A stretch of DNA of 63,754 bases, the filler included, from Candidatus Fermentibacterota bacterium (GTDB lineage: Bacteria; JAFGKV01), in the NCBI GenBank assembly GCA_016928395.1. It is 6 parts of 6 records of this genome, joined end to end, with 100 filler letters (N's around TTAATTAATTAA, not from the genome) between each part and the next. Parts side by side here need not be neighbours in the genome. Positions count along the whole stretch, not along the records: positions 29,249 to 53,221 come from JAFGKV010000292.1; positions 53,322 to 58,347 come from JAFGKV010000293.1; positions 58,448 to 63,754 come from JAFGKV010000295.1; 3 more parts are not named here. One strand, given 5' to 3'. The notes beneath the pieces were generated by a model. It was not told where the DNA came from. It ran no database searches and saw only the letters and a program-made list of their open reading frames with translations. The position numbers and the translations under genes are program-made. Numbering within the stretch: position 1 is the stretch's first letter; each line of letters starts with the position of its first letter. Positions 50,336 to 58,665 of this stretch are shown one piece after another.

Positions 50336-51232
50336 CTATGTCATCCTGCGGTCGCGCTGCGCCCGCAGGATGATCTTCTGGCCGGCCTTGAGGAGCTCGT
50401 CGAGATCCTTGCCGTCACCGGGGAAGCCAACCAGCGCAGTGTCCACCGCCAAGGCAATCTTGGACGGCGCCTTGTCCCTTTGGCGTTCCTTCTCGATGAG
50501 TTTTGCGATGCGGTCCTTCGCCACCTTCGACTCGTCCGGCGAGGTTTCGGTTAGAAGCACGCACAGCGTACCATCATACACGAGGCCGACATGGTCACCG
50601 CCTCGAACAGCCCGGCACACCGTCTCGGCATAGTATTGCCAGATGGAGGAATCCACCGATCCGACGGCCCGCGAGAGGCTGCGGCTTTGGGCAACCTCGT
50701 CTGCAAAGTCTATGAGCAAGAGAGACATCGGCCGCTGCATCCGCCTGCTTCGCCACAACTCGACTTCCAGCACCCTCCGGAAATACTCCTGCGACCAAAG
50801 ATAGATGGTCTTGCCCTCCGCCTCTACCCCCGACTGCAACCGCATACCGGCGAGCTGCTTTTCCTGCTCCTGCACCGTTGCCCTGAGATCCTCAATGGTT
50901 TTCTTTTGCTCCGCGGCAGTCTTGAGGAGGTCCTGCGACGTGATATGCGAACGGCTGAGTACGGGCTCGCCCGGGCCGGGCTCCACAGTGGTATGCGGGC
51001 GGCTCGCGGGTGGTAAAGCACGCGAAGGCGCCGACCGGCCTGGTTTGATGACCGGCACGACCAGCATGACTGCTCCCGCAAGCGTGCCCACCGCACTCAG
51101 GATCCGGAAGAGTTCCGACGAGGCCCACAGACTGGGCGCCGCGAGCAGAAACGTCGCAATCAGAAACAAGAATGCGGCCGTCGTCAATGACGCCGCCGTG
51201 CACAGAGTCTCATGTGATTCGTGTTTTCGCAT
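50336..51232 (-). CDS. Membrane-anchored degenerate GGDEF-domain protein
   Basis: Two TM helices, coiled coil, ELWRSRR..RPMSLLLIDF, RGGD-HVGLV-YDGTL-CVLLTET, FPGDG..LDELL. Confidence 0.7.
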   Translation of the reverse strand: MRKHESHETLCTAASLTTAAFLFLIATFLLAAPSLWASSELFRILSAVGTLAGAVMLVVPVIKPGRSAPSRALPPASRPHTTVEPGPGEPVLSRSHITSQDLLKTAAEQKKTIEDLRATVQEQEKQLAGMRLQSGVEAEGKTIYLWSQEYFRRVLEVELWRSRRMQRPMSLLLIDFADEVAQSRSLSRAVGSVDSSIWQYYAETVCRAVRGGDHVGLVYDGTLCVLLTETSPDESKVAKDRIAKLIEKERQRDKAPSKIALAVDTALVGFPGDGKDLDELLKAGQKIILRAQRDRRMT

Positions 51233-51358
51233 GGCATCCCTCCTCTACCTTGCGGCATGCCGCAAGGTACTGGGACCGGCCATTGCGTGCAATATCCATC
51301 TGCCTCCGGAGAGCGGGGCCACTTTCTGGCGGCGATGATTCTAAAGCAAGGAGCGGGT

Positions 51359-53056
51359 ATGCCCGTTGTGAGAGTCGCCATCGCGCAGTTAAACCAAACT
51401 GTGGGGGCCTTGGAGGCCAATGTGGCCGCCATTCAGGAGTATGCGGCAAAGGGCGAGGCCCACGGCGCCCAGCTCATGGTATGCCCTGAGCTGTCCATCC
51501 CTGGGTACCCTCCCGAAGACCTGGTGCTCAAGCCATCGTTCGTGGCCGCGAACCGTGCCGCCCTGGAGCGCGTGGCGGCGAACACCGGGGCCATGCCGAT
51601 CCTCGTGGGATTCGTCGATCGAGAGGATGGCATGCTGTATGATGCGGCCGCGGTGCTCCAGGAGGGCAGGATCGTCGCCGTGTACCGCAAGGCGATGCTC
51701 CCCAACTACGGCGTGTTCGACGAGAAGCGCTATTTCACGCCTGGATCCGAAGCGCTGGTACTGGAGAGCCAGGCGGGCAGGATCGGCGTGACAATCTGTG
51801 AGGATATCTGGCTTCCCCATGGGCCGTACCTCGCGGAGTCTCAGGCCGGCGCCTGCCTCATCGTGAACCTGAGCGCCTCACCGTATCACAGGGAGAAGTG
51901 GAAGGAACGCCAACGGCTCATCGCGGCCCGCGCCCGGGAGTCACAGGCCGCGCTTGTCTATGCCAACTTGGTAGGCGGGCAGGACGAACTGGTGTTCGAT
52001 GGGTTCAGCCTCGTGGCTGACGGCACGGGCCGCATCCTGGCCCAGGGCCGCGGGTTCACCGAGGAACTCATGGTAGTGGACATCCCCTTGGAGGAGCATC
52101 GAGGAGCGGAGGAGCATTCCGGCGTACGGATTGTGCCCCTGACCCTGCCGCCGCACCCCGGCGAAGGCATGGACCAGCCGAGGATCACGATCCCTTCCTC
52201 TCCGGAAGAGGAGGTCTACGAAGCGCTGGTACTGGCAACTCACGACTATGTGGGCAAGAACGGCTTCAGCGATGCCATCATCGGGTTATCCGGCGGGATC
52301 GACTCCGCCGTCGTGGCGTCCATCGCGGTGGATGCGCTGAGCTCGAGACGCGTCCACTGCCTGTTCATGCCCAGTGAGTTCACTTCCAGGGAAAGCTACG
52401 AGGATGCCGAAGCGGTTGCCCGCAATCTCGGCATCTCCCTGGAGACCATCCCCATCGACGACATGCTGCACGCCTATTGCAGTAGCCTGGCGAGGGTATT
52501 CGCGGGCACGAAAGCCGACACCACCGAGGAGAACCTCCAAGCGCGGATCCGCGGCAACCTGCTCATGGCCCTTTCCAACAAGCTGGGCTACCTGGTCCTC
52601 ACCACAGGCAACAAGAGCGAGATGGCCTGCGGGTATGCGACTCTCTACGGCGACATGGCAGGCGGCTTCGCGGTCATAAAGGATGTGCTCAAGACCATGG
52701 TGTTTCGCCTCGTGGCGTATCGCAACGCCCGACAGGGCGGGCCATGGCTGCCCGACCGGCTCCTGACCAAAGCGCCCAGCGCGGAGCTGCGCTACGATCA
52801 GAAGGATTCAGACAGCCTGCCTCCCTATGACGTGCTGGATCCGATCCTGGAAGCCTATGTCGAACAGGACCTCTCCATCGAGGCCATTGTGGCGCGCGGG
52901 TTCCCGCGGGATACGGTGCGACGCGTGGCTCGGCTGGTTGACCGTGCCGAGTACAAGCGCCGCCAGGCGCCGCCGGGCGTCAAGATCACGGCCAAGGCCT
53001 TCGGCCGGGACCGCCGCCTGCCCATCACCAATCGCTTCTCCAATGAACGCCCCTGA
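51359..53056 (+). CDS. nadE: Glutamine-dependent NAD+ synthetase
   Basis: Glutaminase PELSIPGYPPEDL, KAMLPNYGVFDEKRYF, ICEDIW; synthetase GLSGGIDS, ENLQARIRG, TGNKSE, PSAELR, AEYKRRQAPPG. Confidence 0.97.
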   Translation: MPVVRVAIAQLNQTVGALEANVAAIQEYAAKGEAHGAQLMVCPELSIPGYPPEDLVLKPSFVAANRAALERVAANTGAMPILVGFVDREDGMLYDAAAVLQEGRIVAVYRKAMLPNYGVFDEKRYFTPGSEALVLESQAGRIGVTICEDIWLPHGPYLAESQAGACLIVNLSASPYHREKWKERQRLIAARARESQAALVYANLVGGQDELVFDGFSLVADGTGRILAQGRGFTEELMVVDIPLEEHRGAEEHSGVRIVPLTLPPHPGEGMDQPRITIPSSPEEEVYEALVLATHDYVGKNGFSDAIIGLSGGIDSAVVASIAVDALSSRRVHCLFMPSEFTSRESYEDAEAVARNLGISLETIPIDDMLHAYCSSLARVFAGTKADTTEENLQARIRGNLLMALSNKLGYLVLTTGNKSEMACGYATLYGDMAGGFAVIKDVLKTMVFRLVAYRNARQGGPWLPDRLLTKAPSAELRYDQKDSDSLPPYDVLDPILEAYVEQDLSIEAIVARGFPRDTVRRVARLVDRAEYKRRQAPPGVKITAKAFGRDRRLPITNRFSNERP

Positions 53057-53221
53057 TACGCCCCGCGAAGGTCTCGCACTAGATCGTGCACCGCGGCCCT
53101 CGCATGGCTTCGGTGAGGGCGAAAGCTTTGGGGGACATTGCGAAAGGAGGGTTGTACCCCGGAGAACGCGCTGTTCGCCTGCCCGTGCAATGCGGGCCCT
53201 GCGAGGAGCATCGTGTGCGGT

Positions 53222-53321
53222 NNNNNNNNNNNNNNNNNNNNNNNNNNNNNNNNNNNNNNNNNNNNTTAATTAATTAANNNNNNNNNNNNNNNNNNNNNNN
53301 NNNNNNNNNNNNNNNNNNNNN
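53222..53321. other. Artificial contig-join spacer
   Basis: N run + TTAATTAATTAA + N run. Confidence 0.99.
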
Positions 53322-53729
53322 CCCGCCCCCCCCCCCCCCGAACCCGTGACGAGTGGGGATGGGCGTGCTCCCATGGACGCCACGGCCCGACAACATCGGG
53401 TCTGGTGTCCGCGGGAATGGTTTACATCGGGGAGAAGAAGCTTCGATGAAGAGGGAGACGAGACGAGAGCGGCTGCACGCTCTCGGGGGGGATACGATGC
53501 AGGGCGCCCCCCGCGCTTCCTGAAGACAGAGTAACGGCGTGTGCTCCCAGTCCGCTCCCATGATGGCCTCCTAAGATCGCAGGCACAGGCTGCGTATCTC
53601 TCATCTGGTGCAAGGGTACTCCAGCCCACACGCGCTGTCAAGGGCGCCTCCCTCCGGCATTGCCGCGGTGAGTATCACCCCGCACATTGGGGCGTGTTTC
53701 GACCCTGGCCCCTGACCGGAGGTGTGACC

Positions 53730-55823
53730 GTGAGACTCCTGCTCGCTCTGGTGATCCTTTCGACAGCCACTGCCCGCGCACCATCGGAGACACCGTCCAT
53801 CCCTGGGAATGTGGCCACCACGGGAGATCGGCCGTCGGCACGGCAGGCCGAGGGCCGTGGCGAGGGACTCCCCGACCGCCGGGATTTTCCCCTGGATCCC
53901 AGCCGCTACCTCCCCATGCCACTGCCCGATCCCCGCGCGAGGCCGGCGTCACCCCCGGGCGAGAGCCGGGCGGTCTCCTACGACATGCGCACGGGCCAGG
54001 AAGTCCAGTGGCAGGTCCCCGCGCCCACGGGCCTCGACGCCGCGCGGGTCGAGGGATGGCCCGGCCGGGAAAGCCCCAGGGAGTTCGGGGAAGGTGTGCC
54101 CGAGGTTCGCAACTTCACCGATCTCGAGCTCGTCAACGACCCCGAGCTGTTTCCCTGGCGCGTCAATGTGAAGGTGTTCATGCAGTTCGGGTCGTCCTAC
54201 TACGTCGGCTCCGGCGTGCTCGTTGATCCGTATCACGTACTGACGGCGGGTCATTGCGTCTTCGACCATGGCGGCACAGACGACTGGGCCGATGACATCA
54301 CCGTGGTGCCGGCCTATGAGAACGGGAGCCAGCCATTCGGCAATGCCGGCGCCGTGAGCCTTCACTCCTGGACCGGGTGGACCCAAGACGGCAGCTACGA
54401 TCACGATATGGGCGTGATCGATTTGGATAGACCCATCGGCGCACTGACCGGGTGGCACGGCTATGGGTACAACAACAGCAACTCGTTTTTCACCGGAAAC
54501 ACCTTCCACAATCCCGGTTATCCCGCCGCCTCGCCCTACAATGGCCAGTACATGTACTATTGGTACGGGGATTTCGACCTGGCAGGCACCTACCAGCTCA
54601 CCTTTTTCAAGACGGCCTATGGCGGCCAGAGCGGCAGCGGGGCCTACCACCTCAGCGACGACCAACGCACGGTCTACGCGGTGCTCTCCAATGGCTGGTC
54701 GCTGTGGACCAATGATGTCAGAATCACGGAGTCGAAGTTTAGCCACATCGGCGGCTTCATCGCCGAGGATACGCCGGCGGCCTATGATCTCATCGCGATG
54801 GAAACCAACATCGCTCCCTCGTCGGTCACCGCGGGCAACGCCTTGATCTCCATGGACTACCTCGTGCACAACTACTCCTCGGCGTCGTGGAGCGGGTCAG
54901 TACCGGTGACCGTCTACCTCTCGACGAACAACGACATCTCGCCTGCGGATACCCCGATTCAGGATCACTCCTTCTCCTGGAGCTTCGGGCCGATGTCGTC
55001 GGTGCGAGTCACCGTGAGTACCCCGCCGGCCATACCCATCGCCACTCCCTCGGGGAGCTACTATGTCGGCATCATCTTGGGCGTCTCCGATGCGAATGCC
55101 GCCAACAATGAGAGCGATGGCCAGGAGGCCAGCTATGTCTGGGTGAACGGCGGGCCAGATCTGATGGTGCAGAACCCCGGGACAGCGCCGTCCACCATCA
55201 TCGCGGGAACCTCCACGATCGCATCCTGCACGGTGCGAAATCAGGGCGGCAACTCAGCCGGTGCATCCATCCTGCGGTACTATCTCTCCTCCAACACGAC
55301 CTACGATGCCGGTGATGCCTACCTGGGCTACGACTCTGTCGGTTCCCTGCCTGGAGGCGGAACCAGCTCTCAGAGCGAGACCCTGGCCATTCCTGCGGGG
55401 ACGGCAGGGGGAACCTGGTATCTGCTCTTCCATGCGGATGCGGAGAGCCAGGTTTCCGAGCTGAACGAAAGCAACAATGTGACAGCCCTTGCGGTCACGG
55501 TTCAGCCGGAGAACATCCCCCCCGACGCCATCACCGACCTTGCCGCTACGGGCGCCGCCCCAGATCTCCTGCTCTCATGGAGCGCTCCGTGGGACAATGT
55601 GGGCGTGGTCGGCTACTGGGTGTACCATCATGCCTCCCTCCACGACTTTGGCACCCCGCTGGTCTACTTGAGCGGCGCGTCCACCCTCTCCTACTCAGTG
55701 CCCAATGCCTGCGGAGACCCCGCATCAAATCACTTCTACGATGTCCGGGCCCGAGATGCCGCGGGCAATGTGGCCGCCTCCTCCAACTGGGTCGGTGAGT
55801 TTGACTTCTCGGTGGATCCCTGA
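53730..55823 (+). CDS. Secreted trypsin-like (V8-type) serine protease with CARDB-like and FnIII-like domains
   Basis: Triad LTAGHC / HDMG / GGQSGSG; PGYP; PDL...VRNQG...SELNESNN (CARDB); GTG start after GGAGG. Confidence 0.88.
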   Translation: MRLLLALVILSTATARAPSETPSIPGNVATTGDRPSARQAEGRGEGLPDRRDFPLDPSRYLPMPLPDPRARPASPPGESRAVSYDMRTGQEVQWQVPAPTGLDAARVEGWPGRESPREFGEGVPEVRNFTDLELVNDPELFPWRVNVKVFMQFGSSYYVGSGVLVDPYHVLTAGHCVFDHGGTDDWADDITVVPAYENGSQPFGNAGAVSLHSWTGWTQDGSYDHDMGVIDLDRPIGALTGWHGYGYNNSNSFFTGNTFHNPGYPAASPYNGQYMYYWYGDFDLAGTYQLTFFKTAYGGQSGSGAYHLSDDQRTVYAVLSNGWSLWTNDVRITESKFSHIGGFIAEDTPAAYDLIAMETNIAPSSVTAGNALISMDYLVHNYSSASWSGSVPVTVYLSTNNDISPADTPIQDHSFSWSFGPMSSVRVTVSTPPAIPIATPSGSYYVGIILGVSDANAANNESDGQEASYVWVNGGPDLMVQNPGTAPSTIIAGTSTIASCTVRNQGGNSAGASILRYYLSSNTTYDAGDAYLGYDSVGSLPGGGTSSQSETLAIPAGTAGGTWYLLFHADAESQVSELNESNNVTALAVTVQPENIPPDAITDLAATGAAPDLLLSWSAPWDNVGVVGYWVYHHASLHDFGTPLVYLSGASTLSYSVPNACGDPASNHFYDVRARDAAGNVAASSNWVGEFDFSVDP

Positions 55824-56013
55824 TCGCGGCAGGATTCGCCGTGGGAGCCTACGGAAGTGGGCGAACGGGGAAATCTGAGGAAATTCTGAGGCGAGCATAC
55901 CATACTCTTGGTGAGTTCAGGTTACCGCCGTGGGCATCGGATGATTTTGCATCGATGCGCGGCGGTTTTACCCCGCCGGACCAGGCTCTGGTACGGCTTC
56001 GAAGGAGGTTACG

Positions 56014-58197
56014 ATGTCGCTCCGTATTCTACTGTGTGTCTGCGCCATGCTGTCGATATCCCTGGCTGCGGAGCAGTGGCAACCTCTGAATGGCCCGCTG
56101 GGCGGCGATGTCCGCTGTATGGCAGTGGACAGGAGCGACCCCTCAAGTGTCTATTTGGGCTTGGGCACCCATGCCTCCATGGGAAGCGAGTATGCCGATG
56201 GCGGCGGGCTGTTCTACAGCAACGATGCCGGAGACTCCTGGCGAAGATCAAGCCTCCAGAACGTCAAGGTCAGTGGCATCACCACCGCCGCCGGCCGCAT
56301 CTGGGCGGCGACCTATGGCGAGGGCGTGTGGGCCGCGGTGGAGCCCTCGGGCGCCTGGATCCCTGAGAACAGCGGGCTGGGATCTCCAACCGTCCTCTGC
56401 ATAACCGGAACCGCCGATCACCTGGTGGTCGGTACCATGGCCGGGGTCTTCCACGCTCATCCAGACACGGCCGTCTGGGTTCCCGCGGAGATGCCGGGGG
56501 AGCGTCAGATCTGGGGCCTGGCCTCGGCTCCGTGGCTTCCGGAGCTGATGCTGGCGGCAACCGACAGCGGCGTGTGGCGCAGCGACACAGGGGGAGATGT
56601 GTGGAGTTTCGCAGGCACGGGCATCGAGCAGACCAACCTGCGGAGCATCGCCGTCGGGGCTGATGGGCGATGCTGGGCGGGTTCACGGCCGGGGTCAAAC
56701 CAGGACGCCGTTGTCTACTGCTCGGCCGATACAGGCAGAACATGGGCTCCCTGTGCGCCCCTGCCGGCCTCCAGGGCCGACGGGGTGTGGTCGATCCTTC
56801 CCAGGCCGGAGTCGGTGCTGATCGGTATCGGGTGGCTGGGGTCCGGGATGGGCCGAGTCTTCCGTCTACGCGACGGCGCGGCGGAATGGGAAGAGCACGC
56901 CAGTGTCCACTATCGCTCGGTTCGGGCTTTGACTGAGGTCCCGGCTGGCGGTGACCGCATCCTGGCGGGGGGGGAGTCGTGCGGTGGCGTCCTCTGCAGC
57001 ACTGATGGAGGAGATACCTGGGGGTATCGGCTGACCGGTCTCGATGCGGGCAATGTCTACTCGCTGCGCATTGTCGATTCTGCCTCAGGCACGATTATGG
57101 CCGGGCTGGGGTTCTCGGGAGCCCTTGCCCGGGCCGATGAATGGGGCGCCTCGTGGACCCGGGTGGACTCGCTCTTCCCCTCGTTGTTCGTTCGAGGGCT
57201 TGCCGTGCATCCCTCAAACCCGGAGACCCTCTACGCGGCGGCGTGGAATCGTCTGTATCGCAGCACAAACGGCGGTGAATCCTGGGCTTCAATGAGCGCT
57301 TCCGTCTCCCAGGCGACGGGCATTGACCTCAGCGCGGCCGATCCCAGCATCATCTACGCGGGGGCTACTCAGGGCGTGTCGGTCAGCCAGGATGGGGGAG
57401 ACACGTGGAGTGATCCCGACTCGACCCTTCCCGGCACTGTCAAAGCCGTGGTCGCCGACCCTCGGAACGCCAGGCATGCCCTGGCGGCGCGGGAATGGTC
57501 ACACGTCTATGAAACCTTCGACGCGGGTGTCTCGTGGGACACGCTCGCAATCCAGTCATGCCGGACTCTGGCTCTTCACCCCACTGATCCCCAGTGGATC
57601 TATGCCGGCGCAAATGGCGGCGTGTATGTCTCCATCGACGGTGGAGCAACCTTCCAGTTCCTGACCTCAGGGCTGCCGGGTCTTTGGGTCAATGCGATCA
57701 TCGCCGATCCCCAGGACCCCGCGGTGATCTGGGCCGGAACGCCCGGCGGCGTGTACAAGAGCATCGATGGCGGCCAGACCTGGCATTTCAACTCCGATGG
57801 CATGGCCAACCTTGATGTACGGGCATTCGAGTTCCACGACGAATCGCGCAGGATTTTCGTCGGCTCTCACAGCGGGGGCGTGCATTGGGCCTTCGCCGAC
57901 GCGACGCCGACCGATGGAAACTCGCCCGGCACCCCGCAGCCTCTTGCGCTACGACTGCAGGTCTCTCCCGTACCGTGTGTCGATGAGGTGCGCATCTCCC
58001 TGCTGGGCGAGGTTGGGCCGGACAACGGCGTTCGTGTCGCGCTCTACTCCCTGGATGGGAGGCGCATGCACAGCGGCGGATTCGGGCCGGGGAACTCGTG
58101 TGTCTGGCGGCTTGGTCATCTCCCGGCCGGGTCTTATGTGCTGCGGGCCGAATCCTCCTCGGCGAAGGCATCCCAGGCCCTCACTTTGGTGAGATAA
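56014..58197 (+). CDS. Secreted BNR/Asp-box (VPS10/Ycf48-like) beta-propeller protein with T9SS-like tail
   Basis: Many S.DGG.[TS]W repeats; signal peptide; tail VSPVP...YSLDGR..AGSYVLR..LTLVR. Confidence 0.88.
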   Translation: MSLRILLCVCAMLSISLAAEQWQPLNGPLGGDVRCMAVDRSDPSSVYLGLGTHASMGSEYADGGGLFYSNDAGDSWRRSSLQNVKVSGITTAAGRIWAATYGEGVWAAVEPSGAWIPENSGLGSPTVLCITGTADHLVVGTMAGVFHAHPDTAVWVPAEMPGERQIWGLASAPWLPELMLAATDSGVWRSDTGGDVWSFAGTGIEQTNLRSIAVGADGRCWAGSRPGSNQDAVVYCSADTGRTWAPCAPLPASRADGVWSILPRPESVLIGIGWLGSGMGRVFRLRDGAAEWEEHASVHYRSVRALTEVPAGGDRILAGGESCGGVLCSTDGGDTWGYRLTGLDAGNVYSLRIVDSASGTIMAGLGFSGALARADEWGASWTRVDSLFPSLFVRGLAVHPSNPETLYAAAWNRLYRSTNGGESWASMSASVSQATGIDLSAADPSIIYAGATQGVSVSQDGGDTWSDPDSTLPGTVKAVVADPRNARHALAAREWSHVYETFDAGVSWDTLAIQSCRTLALHPTDPQWIYAGANGGVYVSIDGGATFQFLTSGLPGLWVNAIIADPQDPAVIWAGTPGGVYKSIDGGQTWHFNSDGMANLDVRAFEFHDESRRIFVGSHSGGVHWAFADATPTDGNSPGTPQPLALRLQVSPVPCVDEVRISLLGEVGPDNGVRVALYSLDGRRMHSGGFGPGNSCVWRLGHLPAGSYVLRAESSSAKASQALTLVR

Positions 58198-58254
58198 GGG
58201 AGCGGGCGCGCAGCCGCGGCGGGAAGCAGGTGAGGAGATAGGGGAAGGCCCACA

Positions 58255-58330
58255 GGGTTCAGGGTTCGGGGTTCAGTGCGGCCGCTGAGGTCGCGGGGCT
58301 CCCTCAGATTTCTCAGGGTTGAGAGTACAG
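58255..58330. repeat. Dispersed ~76-bp repeat, copy 2
   Basis: Reverse complement of 12-87 with few substitutions. Confidence 0.85.
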
Positions 58331-58347
58331 TGCAGCGGGCGGGCACA

Positions 58348-58447
58348 NNNNNNNNNNNNNNNNNNNNNNNNNNNNNNNNNNNNNNNNNNNNTTAATTAAT
58401 TAANNNNNNNNNNNNNNNNNNNNNNNNNNNNNNNNNNNNNNNNNNNN
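58348..58447. other. Artificial contig-join spacer
   Basis: N run + TTAATTAATTAA + N run. Confidence 0.99.
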
Positions 58448-58615
58448 GTCAGGAGAGCCTGGTGCGCCTGCCTGCCGCAGGCAGGTAACGAAAGGCGCTC
58501 TCGTCGCGGTGCAGATTCAGCGGAGGCTGATGCCCGCCTGCGAAGTAGGCTGACCTCCGATTGGCGACCGATTCAGGCTTTCTCCTGGCACTCTGACCCC
58601 ATGAGCTCATGTGAC

Positions 58616-58649
58616 AAAAGAAGCCCCCCGGGAAGCCGGGAGGCTTCTT
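58616..58649 (-). terminator. Rho-independent terminator
   Basis: AAGAAGCCCCCCGG-GAAG-CCGGGAGGCTTCTT stem with a U-tract on the minus strand, just after the stop at 58666. Confidence 0.8.
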
Positions 58650-58665
58650 CGTTTCGGGCCGATGT

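Noticed and set aside
12882-58447. Repeated TTAATTAATTAA motif as a biological repeat; operons spanning the gaps
   Set aside because: Identical 100-nt N-flanked linker used to concatenate contigs, so adjacency across it is meaningless
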